Source: an uncultured Bacteroidales bacterium | Lineage (GTDB): Bacteria > Bacteroidota > Bacteroidia > Bacteroidales > Paludibacteraceae | NCBI GenBank assembly: GCA_937891905.1 | Contig: CALATT010000051.1 | Location: 3,135-67,134, forward strand | DNA: 64,000 bases | Direction: 5' to 3' | Shown here: positions 17,982 to 27,559 of the stretch, in pieces | Layout: the number at the start of each line of letters is the position of its first letter | Numbering within the stretch: the stretch's first letter is position 1 | The notes under the pieces: model-generated | Told to the model about the DNA's origin: nothing | Databases searched by the model: none | The model's input: only the letters and a program-made list of their open reading frames with translations | Position numbers and translations under genes: made by a program

Positions 17982-17989
17982 CAAAGTTA
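17982..17989 (-). promoter_or_regulatory. -7 box TAacTTTG upstream of the giant gene
   Basis: The plus strand reads caaagtta, which is TAACTTTG on the minus strand. It lies ~65 nt upstream of the ATG at 17916. Confidence 0.45.
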
Positions 17990-18137
17990 CTACTTTTCGC
18001 GCATACACATGTGCAAAAATTGTTGTTTTTTGTGTATTTCTTATCATTTTCACACCCATTCGGATGTTTTTTGCTGCCGGGCACAAAAAAAAATACGCAA
18101 AAAATCATTTTTATTTGCATATTTCAAAAAATAGCAG

Positions 18138-18145
18138 TACCTTTG
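18138..18145 (+). promoter_or_regulatory. -7 box TAccTTTG for tRNA-Leu
   Basis: The sequence gcagTACCTTTGcag lies 25 nt upstream of the mature tRNA 5' end. Confidence 0.5.
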
Positions 18146-18170
18146 CAGCCGATTTCCGTAAAAATCGATG

Positions 18171-18259
18171 GCCGCGGTGGTGGAATCGGTAGACACGAAG
18201 GACTTAAAATCCTTTGGCCAGTGATGGCTGTGCGGGTTCAAGTCCCGCCCGCGGTACCA
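18171..18259 (+). tRNA. tRNA-Leu (anticodon TAA), type II with long variable arm, encoded CCA
   Basis: Folded manually. The acceptor stem is gccgcgg/ccgcggt with a G1-U72 pair. The D-arm is gtgg-aatcggtag-acac. The anticodon stem aagga/tcctt carries the loop ctTAAaa. The variable arm is ggcca-gtga-tggct. The T-arm is gcggg-ttcaagt-cccgc. The discriminator is A, followed by CCA. Confidence 0.93.
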
Positions 18260-18273
18260 ATCAAGGAAAAAGA

Positions 18274-18309
18274 AAGATGCTATCCAATCGGGTAGCATCT
18301 TTTATTTTT
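18274..18309 (+). terminator. Rho-independent terminator after tRNA-Leu
   Basis: A 12-bp stem aagatgctatcc / gggtagcatctt encloses the loop aatc and is followed by a T-rich tract, ttttattttt. Confidence 0.75.
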
Positions 18310-18348
18310 CATCTTCTATTATTCCTCTTTTATTATTCCTTTATCATT

Positions 18349-19233
18349 CTAAAAATATCGTCGTATTTGCAATAATTGATGGGTATATTGGCCATTTGGA
18401 TGCTCTTTGTTGGCCTGCTCTACCGAGAAGATACCCGTATTGTCTATTTTTTCCACTTTCACTCTTCCCGAGCAATGCACCACTCTCTCAGCATCCAACA
18501 AGATTCCCACATGCGTTATTTTCTCCTCTTGCTGCTTATCATTATAATGAGCGAAGAAGACCAAATCCCCTGCTTTTGCTTTTTGGAGTGTACTAATCTT
18601 GCGCCCTTGCGTAGCTTGTTCGCTGGCGTTACGAAGGATTTTCTTGCCGAATAAACTTAGTATGGTCTGTGTGAAACCAGAGCAATCCATTCCAAGCGCA
18701 TTCTTACCTCCCCACAAATAAGGGACATTAAGAAAAAAGCGAATGGTTTGTATTAGGTTTTGGTCATTCATGAGCATTGGTTGCTGAATAACCATGCTTG
18801 GGTCTATACGAAAACTAACTCCCAAGATTTGGAATTGTCCATTTTGGTATTTTGTGAGGCGTGTGCCTGCTGTGAGCGGTATTGTTTGTGAATTATTGGC
18901 ACTCACAGCATAAGCAATTGGATAGAGCACATAAGCGGCTTTCGAATAGTCTGCCACATAAGAAGCGTATTCTTCTTTTGCCATTGGAGTGATCATCTTG
19001 CTATCCACCCATCCTTCTTGCCCATCCAAATCCAATTTAACACGATTCCATCGGGGAGTTTGCTCTATTATTGTGCATGTATCTCCAAAGAGTATTTGAG
19101 TGCTTTGTTCAGCACTCTCTTTAGGTTCGACACGCACAGGTATTACACTATGTAAACTAATTGCTTTCACAATTACGATGCATATTTTATTAGAAAAAAA
19201 TGTATTACCACACCTCTTTGGGTGCTTCGCCAT
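18349..19233 (-). CDS. NlpC/P60 (C40) peptidoglycan peptidase with N-terminal SH3b-like domain
   Basis: It has the catalytic Cys motif GMDCSGFTQTIL and the His region ITHVGILLD, plus GDLVFF. The N-terminus resembles SH3b (VIPVRVEPKESAEQSTQILFGD). The ATG at 19233 overlaps the nadB 3' end by 29 nt, so an in-frame GTG at 19170 is an alternative start. Confidence 0.8.
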   Translation of the reverse strand: MAKHPKRCGNTFFSNKICIVIVKAISLHSVIPVRVEPKESAEQSTQILFGDTCTIIEQTPRWNRVKLDLDGQEGWVDSKMITPMAKEEYASYVADYSKAAYVLYPIAYAVSANNSQTIPLTAGTRLTKYQNGQFQILGVSFRIDPSMVIQQPMLMNDQNLIQTIRFFLNVPYLWGGKNALGMDCSGFTQTILSLFGKKILRNASEQATQGRKISTLQKAKAGDLVFFAHYNDKQQEEKITHVGILLDAERVVHCSGRVKVEKIDNTGIFSVEQANKEHPNGQYTHQLLQIRRYF

Positions 19234-20806
19234 CTTTTTTAGGATAGTCGATGGAATAATGAAGTCCTCTACTCTCTTTGCGCTCTAATGCTTGTCGCGT
19301 GATGAGGTATCCCACATTGATCATATTACGCAGTTCACATATATCTTTTGTTGCTTTCACACGACGGAAAAGGTCTTCTGTCTCCTCGTACAAAAGATCT
19401 AATCGTTCCCACGCACGACGGAGACGCAAATCACTTCGCACGATGCCCACATAGGTGGACATTACTTGTCCTACCTCCTTAATATCTTGGTCAATAAGTA
19501 CGCGTTCTTCATTACTGAGTGTTCCCTCATCATTCCATTCCGGTATTTGTTCGTTGAAATCGTACTCTTCTATCACACTAAGGCTATGTTTGGCCGCAGC
19601 ATCCGCATATACAACTGCTTCGATGAGCGAGTTGGATGCCAATCGATTTCCGCCATGTAAACCAGTACATGCGCATTCCCCTACTGCGTACAAGCGCTGG
19701 ATAGTGGATTGGCCATCCAGGTTCACTTTTATTCCTCCGCACATATAGTGCGCACACGGTGCGACTGGTATATATTCCTTTGTGATATCAATACCGATAG
19801 ATAAGCATTTGGCATATATATTAGGGAAATGGTGTTTTGTTTCTTCAGGGTCTTTATGCGTCACATCAAGACATACATGATCGATAGCATGTATCTTCAT
19901 CTCATTATCTATTGCGCGCGCAACGATATCGCGTGGTGCGAGTGAGAGGCGAGGGTCGTATTTCTGCATAAACTCTTCTCCATTTGGCAAGCGGAGTATG
20001 CCTCCATACCCACGCATAGCTTCCGTGATAAGATAAGCAGGATGTGTCTCTTTGGGATTATACAGACTGGTAGGATGGAATTGGACAAATTCCATATCTT
20101 TGACAAGACCTTTTGCACGATAGACCATCGCTATGCCATCTCCTGTTGCTATCTCCGGATTGGTAGTAGTAGCATAGACGGCTCCCGTACCACCTGTTGC
20201 CATTAAGGTAATACGGCTGAGATATGTATCAATTTTCTGTGTATCGGGATTGAGTATATACGCTCCGTAGCATTTTATATCGGGTGTTCTGCGCGTGACA
20301 TGCACGCCTAAGTGGTGTTGTGTAATCACTTCAACTGCAAAATGATTTTCAAGCACTTCTATATAGGGGTTGTTTCTCACCGCTTGTATTAACCCTCGTT
20401 GTATCTCCGCTCCTGTATCATCTGCATGGTGTAGGATACGAAACTCAGAGTGTCCTCCTTCGCGGTGAAGATCGAAGGATCCATCATTTTGTTTATCAAA
20501 GTTGACTCCCCAATTGACTAATTCTTCTATGCCTCTTGGTGCATTGCGCACTACTTGCTCTACTGCCATTGGATCGCTCAACCAATCTCCAGCCACCATA
20601 GTATCGTGGATGTGTTTTTCAAAATCATCCACAGCCAGATTGGTCACAGAGGCTATTCCTCCTTGTGCTTTAGTAGTATTCGCCTCATCGAGTGTTGTCT
20701 TGCAGCAGAGTGCTATTTTGTACTTTTCTGTTCGTGCCACTTTGAGTGCAAAACTCAATCCTGCCACACCACCACCGATTATTAAAAAGTCGTATTTTTT
20801 CGTCAT
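19205..20806 (-). CDS. nadB: L-aspartate oxidase
   Basis: The FAD-binding N-terminus is YDFLIIGGGVAGLSFAL. Other features are HPTSL, GGIKVNLDGQSTIQRLYAVGECACTGLHGGNRLASNSL and a C-terminal helical domain. Confidence 0.9.
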   Translation of the reverse strand: MTKKYDFLIIGGGVAGLSFALKVARTEKYKIALCCKTTLDEANTTKAQGGIASVTNLAVDDFEKHIHDTMVAGDWLSDPMAVEQVVRNAPRGIEELVNWGVNFDKQNDGSFDLHREGGHSEFRILHHADDTGAEIQRGLIQAVRNNPYIEVLENHFAVEVITQHHLGVHVTRRTPDIKCYGAYILNPDTQKIDTYLSRITLMATGGTGAVYATTTNPEIATGDGIAMVYRAKGLVKDMEFVQFHPTSLYNPKETHPAYLITEAMRGYGGILRLPNGEEFMQKYDPRLSLAPRDIVARAIDNEMKIHAIDHVCLDVTHKDPEETKHHFPNIYAKCLSIGIDITKEYIPVAPCAHYMCGGIKVNLDGQSTIQRLYAVGECACTGLHGGNRLASNSLIEAVVYADAAAKHSLSVIEEYDFNEQIPEWNDEGTLSNEERVLIDQDIKEVGQVMSTYVGIVRSDLRLRRAWERLDLLYEETEDLFRRVKATKDICELRNMINVGYLITRQALERKESRGLHYSIDYPKKDGEAPKEVW

Positions 20807-20818
20807 AATATTTAATAT

Positions 20819-21562
20819 TTATCTTGGTTTGCACAATGCAAATACGCTAAATCGTGCTCCTCTAAAGCGGCGCATTGCCTTGATGCAAGACTTTATTGTT
20901 TCTCCTGTTGTGATCAAATCATCTACCACCAATATATGTTTATGATACATTTGTTCCGGATGATTTACCTCAAAAGCGTCTGCCACATTGGTTTTTCGTC
21001 CTTCCTTATCTTGCAGTGCTTGTTTGGGTGTATTTTTAACGCGTTTCACATGGGTAGTATCCACTGGTATACCTGTTATCTCTCCTATTGCTCGTGCTAT
21101 GTATTCAGACTGATTATATCCTCTACTTCGCATGCGTTTTTTATGCAATGGCACAGGTATTATTTGGTCGATTTCATCGAAGAAATCCGTACAAATAAAT
21201 TCTCTTGCAGCCTCCTGTGCCAATTGATATCCAATCATGGGTTGGTCCGCATATTTCATTTGGTGCATTACGATTCTTATAGGGTGATTTTTCTCGTAAT
21301 ACAAGAATGCTGCTCCTCGTTCAAAACGCGGTGTTTTTCTAAATATTTCTTCCACGCTATTTGCGCGCAAGACGGCATGTTCTGTGCGTGGTAATTTGCT
21401 CATACAATCTGCACAAAACAATTTCTCATTACGCTCATCCAAGAATTCTTCAGAAGATCCTATATAACTGCCGCACATTGGACAAACGCGTGGATAGAAA
21501 ATAGATGCGCAAGCGGCATAAAGTCGTCTTGCGCATCGTACTATTTTATTATAGTGTGACAC
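20819..21562 (-). CDS. ComF-family phosphoribosyltransferase-domain protein
   Basis: The N-terminus has a Cys4 zinc-finger-like motif (CPMC...CADC). The PRPP-binding loop is ILVVDDLITTGETI. Confidence 0.75.
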   Translation of the reverse strand: MSHYNKIVRCARRLYAACASIFYPRVCPMCGSYIGSSEEFLDERNEKLFCADCMSKLPRTEHAVLRANSVEEIFRKTPRFERGAAFLYYEKNHPIRIVMHQMKYADQPMIGYQLAQEAAREFICTDFFDEIDQIIPVPLHKKRMRSRGYNQSEYIARAIGEITGIPVDTTHVKRVKNTPKQALQDKEGRKTNVADAFEVNHPEQMYHKHILVVDDLITTGETIKSCIKAMRRFRGARFSVFALCKPR

Positions 21563-23030
21563 CTGTTTTGAATATGGCTATTTCACGATAACCATTCTTT
21601 TCATTATTTGTCTTGGTGCCGTTTGCAACCGCGATTACATAATCCGCAAATCGCTTTGCCACTTCCTCCATTGGTTCTCCTTCTGCTATTACTCCTGCAT
21701 TAAAATCTATCCATTGTGGTTTATTTTTATAGAGTGCAGAATTAGTAGAGATTTTCATAGTGGGAACAAATGTGCCGAATGGTGTACCTCTACCTGTTGT
21801 AAAGAGCACCACATGGCATCCAGCCGCAGCGAGTGCAGTAGAAGCAACGAGGTCGTTACCTGGAGCAGAAAGCAGATTAAGTCCTTTTACTTGCAGTCTT
21901 TCTCCATATGGGAGCACACCGCGTACTAAGGACTTACCACATTTCTGTGTACATCCAAGGGCTTTATCCTCGAGTGTAGAAATTCCACCCGCCTTATTAC
22001 CTGGACTTGGATTTTCTCCTACTGGTTCACCATGACGCAAGAAATAATCCTTGAAGTCATTGATAAGGCTTACTGTTTGATCAAACAACTCACGCGTAGC
22101 GCAGCGGTCCATTAGTATGGTTTCGGCTCCAAACATCTCTGGCACTTCAGTTAGGATAGTCGTTCCGCCTTGTGCTACAAGATAATCGCTAAGTACGCCC
22201 AATAATGGATTGGCTGTAATGCCACTAAAGCCATCAGAACCGCCACATTTGAGTCCTATACGCAGTTCGCTAAGCGGACATGGCACGCGTTTATCGTGCT
22301 GCATTTTGGTGTATAGTTCGCGGAGAATAGGCATACAATATTCCACTTCATCTCCTTGTATATGCTGACTAACGACGAACTTAACACGATCGCGATCATA
22401 ATCGCCACAGAATTGCTCAAACACATCGGGTTGGTTATTCTCACATCCTAATCCCACCACTAAGATTGCACCAGCATTAGGGTGATGAACCATATCGCGG
22501 AGAATTTTCTTGGTATTCTCGTGGTCATCACCTAACTGTGAACAACCATAGTTATGAGGGAAAGCGAATATCTTATCCGAGCCTGTCTCTTGGCGCAAGC
22601 GTTCTGCACATTTCTGCACGATGCCATTAACACAACCAACGGTAGGGATAATCCATACCTCATTACGGATACCCACTTGTCCATCTTTGCGACGATAACC
22701 CATGAATGTGCGGTTCTCATCAGGAATATTGAGTATTACTTCTTGTGGATGGTACTCATAAGAAAGCAATCCCTCCAAGTTGGTTTTAATATTATGCTCA
22801 TTCATCCAACTTCCTGCTTTCTTTGCCTCTTTGGCATGACCGATAGGGAATCCGTATTTGATCACATTTTCTCCTTCTTGCAGGTCTGTGATGGCTATTT
22901 TATGTCCAGCAGGCACATCTTCGAGCAATGTTATCTGCTTGCCGTCCACTTCTATTATTTCTCCTGCTTTTTGTGGCTGTATTGCTACAACCACATTATC
23001 TGCAGGATTGATTTTTAATATTGTTGTCAT
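21549..23030 (-). CDS. uxaA: Altronate dehydratase
   Basis: It resembles E. coli UxaA over its full length. Examples are GHKIAITDL, VIKYGFPIGHA, WIIPTVGCVNG, YGCSQLGDDHENT, CGGSDGFSGITANP, LTEVPEMFGAE, NPSPGNKAGGISTLEDKALGCTQK and a C-terminal ...IFKTGVTL. Confidence 0.92.
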   Translation of the reverse strand: MTTILKINPADNVVVAIQPQKAGEIIEVDGKQITLLEDVPAGHKIAITDLQEGENVIKYGFPIGHAKEAKKAGSWMNEHNIKTNLEGLLSYEYHPQEVILNIPDENRTFMGYRRKDGQVGIRNEVWIIPTVGCVNGIVQKCAERLRQETGSDKIFAFPHNYGCSQLGDDHENTKKILRDMVHHPNAGAILVVGLGCENNQPDVFEQFCGDYDRDRVKFVVSQHIQGDEVEYCMPILRELYTKMQHDKRVPCPLSELRIGLKCGGSDGFSGITANPLLGVLSDYLVAQGGTTILTEVPEMFGAETILMDRCATRELFDQTVSLINDFKDYFLRHGEPVGENPSPGNKAGGISTLEDKALGCTQKCGKSLVRGVLPYGERLQVKGLNLLSAPGNDLVASTALAAAGCHVVLFTTGRGTPFGTFVPTMKISTNSALYKNKPQWIDFNAGVIAEGEPMEEVAKRFADYVIAVANGTKTNNEKNGYREIAIFKTGVTL

Positions 23031-23054
23031 ATAATGTTGCCGATAGGGTCATTA

Positions 23055-24539
23055 TTACAAAATGCTCTTTACTGTCTCAAGCATACCTTTTGCTTGGATG
23101 TCATTGAGGAATCCCTCTACCATTGCTGTAAGTCCTGGTATTTCATTGAGGTTCTGCTTGCTCTCTTTCCAAATAATATCTGTTGCTCCGAGCACTCCTT
23201 CTGCCACCTTGTGTGTATCATTGGTAGCCCATAATTGCGCGAGCAAGTCCATAATTTCTTGTGCATCATTTGGTTGGATTGGTGCTCCATCCTCGCGTAC
23301 TCCACCTTTGTAGTATGTGATAATAGCAGCCAAACCGAGTACTAATCCCTTAGGCAACTCTCCTTTGCGCTCGAGGTAGACTTTAAGTCCTGGCAGGTCG
23401 CGTGTTTCGAATTTAGGGAATGAGTTAAGCATGATGCTTGTTACAGCATGATCTACATAAGGATTATTGAAACGCTCTAACACGCTCTCGCCGTATGCTT
23501 TGAGTTCATCTTTTGGAAGATTGAGTGTCTCGAGCAGTTCCTCAAACATCACCTTATTAATATATTTACCGAGCACTTCGTGGTTGCAAGCATCGCGAAC
23601 AATATTTACGCCACTAAGGTATGTAACAGGGCTGAGCACAGTGTGAGGGCCATTAAGCAATGTTACTTTGCGCTCGTGGTATGGTTTCTCACTCTCTGCG
23701 ATGAGCACATTGAGTCCGGCTTGGTTAGCTGGGAACTCAGCCTCTAACTCTTCGATAGACATATTCTCTGGTTTCTCAATTACCCAGAGGTGGAATATTT
23801 CTGCTTGTACTACGAGATTATCATTGTATCCTACTTTCTCTTGGATAGCTGCGATGTCCTTTCGTGGGAATCCAGGAACGATGCGATCCACGAGAGTAGC
23901 ACATACATAGTTATATTTCTCAAACCACTCTTTGAATCCCTCGTAGTCAGCGCCGAGATCTTCTTTCCACAATTCAATATATTGACGGATGCAAGCCTTT
24001 AAGTGATGTCCATTGAGGAAGATCAACTCGCAAGGCATTAAGATAAGACCTTTCTTTGGATCTCCATTAAAAGTTTTATAACGACGATAGAGCAACTGTA
24101 CCAATTTACCCGGATAGGAGGCTGCTGGTGCGTCTGTGAATTTGCAAGCAGGATCAAAGGTGATGCCTGCCTCTGTGGTATTAGATATAACAAAACGAAT
24201 TTCTGGCTGCTCTGCCAACGCCATAAAAGCTGCGTTTTGGCTGTAAGGATTGAGTGCGCGAGAGATTACATCAATGCGCTCTAAGGTATTCACTGCTTCA
24301 CCTTTGAGACGACCTTGTAGATTCACATGATACAAGCAATCCTGACCATTGAGCCATTCTACCATACCTCTCTCAATAGGTTGTACAACCACAACAGACC
24401 CATTAAAATTGGTCTTTGCGTCCATGTTCCATACGATCCAATCTACGAAAGCGCGAAGGAAGTTTCCTTCACCAAACTGAATAATTTTCTCTGGCATTAC
24501 GCTCTTTGGCGCTGTCAGTTTGTTGAGTGCTTTTTTCAT
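23055..24539 (-). CDS. uxaB: Tagaturonate reductase (altronate oxidoreductase)
   Basis: The N-terminal PEKIIQFGEGNFLRAFVDW and FVISNTTEAGITF match UxaB of the mannitol dehydrogenase family. The ORF-track start at 24578 is a GTG. The ATG at 24539 (MKKALNKL) fits the -7 box at 24593-24600 better. Confidence 0.85.
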   Translation of the reverse strand: MKKALNKLTAPKSVMPEKIIQFGEGNFLRAFVDWIVWNMDAKTNFNGSVVVVQPIERGMVEWLNGQDCLYHVNLQGRLKGEAVNTLERIDVISRALNPYSQNAAFMALAEQPEIRFVISNTTEAGITFDPACKFTDAPAASYPGKLVQLLYRRYKTFNGDPKKGLILMPCELIFLNGHHLKACIRQYIELWKEDLGADYEGFKEWFEKYNYVCATLVDRIVPGFPRKDIAAIQEKVGYNDNLVVQAEIFHLWVIEKPENMSIEELEAEFPANQAGLNVLIAESEKPYHERKVTLLNGPHTVLSPVTYLSGVNIVRDACNHEVLGKYINKVMFEELLETLNLPKDELKAYGESVLERFNNPYVDHAVTSIMLNSFPKFETRDLPGLKVYLERKGELPKGLVLGLAAIITYYKGGVREDGAPIQPNDAQEIMDLLAQLWATNDTHKVAEGVLGATDIIWKESKQNLNEIPGLTAMVEGFLNDIQAKGMLETVKSIL

Positions 24540-24592
24540 AACCTTAAATATATTTAGTGTAAATAATTGCTTTCTCACACATTTTCAGTCTG

Positions 24593-24600
24593 CAAAGATA
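24593..24600 (-). promoter_or_regulatory. -7 box TAtcTTTG for uxaB-uxaA
   Basis: The plus strand reads caaagata, which is TATCTTTG on the minus strand. Confidence 0.45.
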
Positions 24601-24683
24601 GTATTTTTTTTTCAATCTTGCAATATGTATTTATCATTTTTTGCATAAAAACGCGAATATTTGCACATTTCAAGTTTTTTTTG

Positions 24684-24691
24684 TACCTTTG
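24684..24691 (+). promoter_or_regulatory. -7 box TAccTTTG for ychF
   Basis: The sequence ttgTACCTTTGcac lies ~75 nt upstream of the ATG at 24765. Confidence 0.5.
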
Positions 24692-24764
24692 CACACTCTT
24701 TCCGCTAATTTTTACTCAAAGTAGATAAGCGGGATATATTATTTTTAAATCAAATACGATCAAA

Positions 24765-25871
24765 ATGTCTTTACAATGTGGTATCGTAGGATTGCCTAAT
24801 GTAGGCAAATCTACACTCTTTAATTGCTTGAGCAACGCCAAGGCGCAGTCCGCCAATTTTCCATTTTGCACTATAGAACCCAATGTGGGTGTTATTACCG
24901 TTCCTGATGAGCGTCTCATCAAGTTGGGTGAGTTATGCAATCCCGAGCGTGGCGTTATCCCTACTACGGTAGAGATTGTAGATATTGCGGGTTTGGTTAA
25001 GGGTGCAAGTAAGGGTGATGGTTTAGGGAATAAGTTCTTAGCCAATATACGCGAGACAGATGCTATTATTCATGTGCTTCGTTGTTTTGACGACCCGAAT
25101 GTGATTCATGTGGACGGTTCGGTTGACCCTTTGCGTGACAAGGAGATCATTGACACAGAGTTACAATTAAAGGATTTAGAAACTGTAGAGAGTCGTATTC
25201 AAAAGTGCGAGAAAGCAGCCAAGGCTGGTGGCGACAAGCAAGCCAAGTTAGCATTAGAAGTTCTTCTGCGTTATAGAGAAGCGCTCTCACAGGGGTTGAA
25301 TGCCCGCACGGTTGAATTAGTTAACAAAGACGAGGAGGCGTGTGCGAAGGACTTTTTCTTACTCACCAATAAGCCTGTGATGTATGTGTGCAATGTGGAC
25401 GAGACTGCTGCTGTAAGTGGTAATGCGTATGTAGAACAAGTACGCGAAGCGGTGAAGAATGAGAATGCGCAAGTGATTGTAGTGGCTGCGAAAATTGAGA
25501 GTGAGATTGCCGAGTTAGAGACCTACGAAGAGCGTCAAATGTTCCTCGAAGAGATTGGTTTGCAAGAGTCTGGCGTCAATCGTCTCATCAAAGCTGCGTA
25601 TGCGCTATTAGAACTCCGCACATTCCTTACTGCAGGTAGCGATGAGGTGCGTGCCTGGACTTTCAAAGCAGGTTACAAGGCACCACAATGTGCTGGTGTC
25701 ATCCACTCTGATTTTGAGAAAGGATTCATTCGTGCAGAGGTTATTAAATACGAAGATTTCATAGCCTTGGGCGGTGAGTCACAATGCCGTGCAGCTGGCA
25801 AATTATCCACAGAAGGGAAAGAATACCTTGTACAAGACGGAGATATTATGCATTTCCTCTTTAATGTGTAG
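24765..25871 (+). CDS. ychF: Redox-regulated ribosome-binding ATPase YchF
   Basis: Features are the G1 motif GIVGLPNVGKSTLFN, FPFCTIEPNVG, VDIAGLVKGAS and the C-terminal TGS-like GKEYLVQDGDIMHFLFNV. Confidence 0.95.
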   Translation: MSLQCGIVGLPNVGKSTLFNCLSNAKAQSANFPFCTIEPNVGVITVPDERLIKLGELCNPERGVIPTTVEIVDIAGLVKGASKGDGLGNKFLANIRETDAIIHVLRCFDDPNVIHVDGSVDPLRDKEIIDTELQLKDLETVESRIQKCEKAAKAGGDKQAKLALEVLLRYREALSQGLNARTVELVNKDEEACAKDFFLLTNKPVMYVCNVDETAAVSGNAYVEQVREAVKNENAQVIVVAAKIESEIAELETYEERQMFLEEIGLQESGVNRLIKAAYALLELRTFLTAGSDEVRAWTFKAGYKAPQCAGVIHSDFEKGFIRAEVIKYEDFIALGGESQCRAAGKLSTEGKEYLVQDGDIMHFLFNV

Positions 25872-25879
25872 AGTTGAAA

Positions 25880-25900
25880 GTCAAGAGTCAAGAGTCAAGA
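25880..25900. repeat. Heptanucleotide tandem repeat (gtcaaga)x3
   Basis: Three perfect contiguous copies lie in the 43-nt ychF-antiporter spacer. Confidence 0.85.
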
Positions 25901-25914
25901 ATAAGGATTAGGTT

Positions 25915-26889
25915 ATGACAGAGCACATTTTATCTCTCACTCCTTGGATGGGTGTGGTACTAATTATCATTGGTTGTATAGCGCTTATTAAGGGTGCTGA
26001 CTGGTTGGTAGAGGGAGCTTCGTCAATTGCCAAGCGCTTCGGTATCAGCGATTTGGTTATTGGATTGACAGTTGTAGCATTAGGTACTTCGATGCCCGAG
26101 TTTGTGGTGAATATGGTTTCCGTAGCTAATGGCGCCACCGAACTTGCCATTACCAATGTGTTAGGTTCAAACATCATCAATATATTCATCATTCTGGGCT
26201 TGTCTGCTATTGTGTATCCTATTGCGTCGAAAAAGCGTTCTCGCCAGTTTGACATTCCTTTTTCCATCTTAGCCGCCATTCTAGTACTTGTTGCCGTCCT
26301 TATTAATGGCGATGGTATACATCGTAGGGATGGTATAATAATGCTCTGCTTCTTCCTCTATTTCCTATATAATGCTTTCAAGAGTACCAAAAATCCTAAT
26401 ATAGTTCAAGAAGAGACAATAGTGGCACAACCACAACCCGTATGGAAAGCGCTCTTGGCTATTATAGGCGGCTTATTAGGTTTGATTATCGGCGGAGAAC
26501 TCATTGTGAAAAGTGCTGTGGATATTGCCACTCGTTTGGGTGTATCGGAGGCTATTATTGGCTTGACAGTTGTGGCATTAGGTACTTCATTACCAGAGTT
26601 GGCCACTTCTGTTATTGCAGCAATGAAGAAGAACGCGGATATCGCGTTGGGTAATGTGATTGGAAGTAATATATTTAATATCTTCTTTATTTTAGGAACG
26701 AGTGCTACCATCAAACCATTACCTGCTTATCAGGGTTTGGTTCTTGACGCTTGCATGGCGGCATTAGGTAGCGTGTTAGTGTTGATTTTCATCTTCACAA
26801 ACAAGGAACGAAAAATATCCCGTTGGGGTGGTGCTATATTAGTCATGTGCTATGCAACCTATCTGACTTATCGTATTCTAACTCTTTAA
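25915..26889 (+). CDS. Ca2+/Na+ antiporter, CaCA (YrbG) family
   Basis: There are two alpha-repeats, GLTVVALGTSMPE and GLTVVALGTSLPE, each followed by a GSNI(I/F)NI motif. The protein is polytopic. Confidence 0.85.
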   Translation: MTEHILSLTPWMGVVLIIIGCIALIKGADWLVEGASSIAKRFGISDLVIGLTVVALGTSMPEFVVNMVSVANGATELAITNVLGSNIINIFIILGLSAIVYPIASKKRSRQFDIPFSILAAILVLVAVLINGDGIHRRDGIIMLCFFLYFLYNAFKSTKNPNIVQEETIVAQPQPVWKALLAIIGGLLGLIIGGELIVKSAVDIATRLGVSEAIIGLTVVALGTSLPELATSVIAAMKKNADIALGNVIGSNIFNIFFILGTSATIKPLPAYQGLVLDACMAALGSVLVLIFIFTNKERKISRWGGAILVMCYATYLTYRILTL

Positions 26890-26903
26890 GCATTGTGTTA
26901 TCT

Positions 26904-26937
26904 AAACCGCGGTTTTATTAAAATCGCGGTTTTTTTT
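26904..26937 (+). terminator. Rho-independent terminator
   Basis: The hairpin aaaccgcggtttt-att-aaaatcgcggttt is followed by a run of T. Confidence 0.7.
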
Positions 26938-26982
26938 GTATAAATATCAGCAAAACTGATAAGAGGGCATATAAAAAAGCAG

Positions 26983-26990
26983 TACCTTTG
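26983..26990 (+). promoter_or_regulatory. -7 box TAccTTTG
   Basis: The sequence gcagTACCTTTGcac lies ~30 nt upstream of the ATG at 27022. Confidence 0.5.
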
Positions 26991-27021
26991 CACCGTAAAA
27001 CAACCAAAAACTTTCAAAACA

Positions 27022-27558
27022 ATGAAAACTATCTATGAATGTTCACGCAGTAAGGCTATGAATTACCTTACCATCGCAGGATTTGTTATTATTATCGCAT
27101 GTATCGCTTACACCTTGTACATGACGATTAATCAATACATGCCTGTTTGGGAAGGTGTGCTTGTAATCCTCATTCTTGTAGGTGCGCTCTTTGCGCCTTT
27201 CCTCTCTTATCCCCAGTATATTATCGTAACAGATGATGGTATTGGTATTCACACGCTCGCGCACACGCGCTTAATTCCTTATTCTAATATAGAAACGATT
27301 GAGCGTTTAGACAAAACATTTATGTCTATGAGTACTATCCGTCTCTTTGGTATCAGCGGTATGTTAGGTAATATCGGTTGGTTTAAAAATAGCCAGATTG
27401 GTATTTTCCGCGCATATATAACTGATACAGAGAAAGCTTTTCTCATTCGTCTCAAAGAGGGCAAGCCCATTGTTATCAGCGTGAGCGAACCTGACGAATT
27501 CATGCCTTTTTATCTCAAAGGCGGTAATCATGTGTATTCTGCAAAAAGTAGGGAGTAG
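27022..27558 (+). CDS. Membrane protein with two N-terminal TM helices and a bacterial PH-like domain
   Basis: Two hydrophobic helices (LTIAGFVIIIACIAY and VLVILILVGALFAPF) precede a ~110-aa soluble domain. The architecture resembles bPH-domain proteins. This is a weak call. Confidence 0.4.
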   Translation: MKTIYECSRSKAMNYLTIAGFVIIIACIAYTLYMTINQYMPVWEGVLVILILVGALFAPFLSYPQYIIVTDDGIGIHTLAHTRLIPYSNIETIERLDKTFMSMSTIRLFGISGMLGNIGWFKNSQIGIFRAYITDTEKAFLIRLKEGKPIVISVSEPDEFMPFYLKGGNHVYSAKSRE

Positions 27559-27559
27559 T

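Noticed and set aside
17917-18310. tRNA-Leu as an integration site marking the giant-gene region as a genomic island.
   Set aside because: No integrase, transposase or direct repeat of the tRNA 3' end was seen in the window. The giant gene lies 5' of the tRNA, not 3'. Its promoter style and visible composition resemble the rest of the window.
24716-25045. A 109-aa minus-strand ORF overlapping the ychF start.
   Set aside because: It is antisense to a highly conserved YchF N-terminus and to its promoter, and it has no motif. It is spurious.
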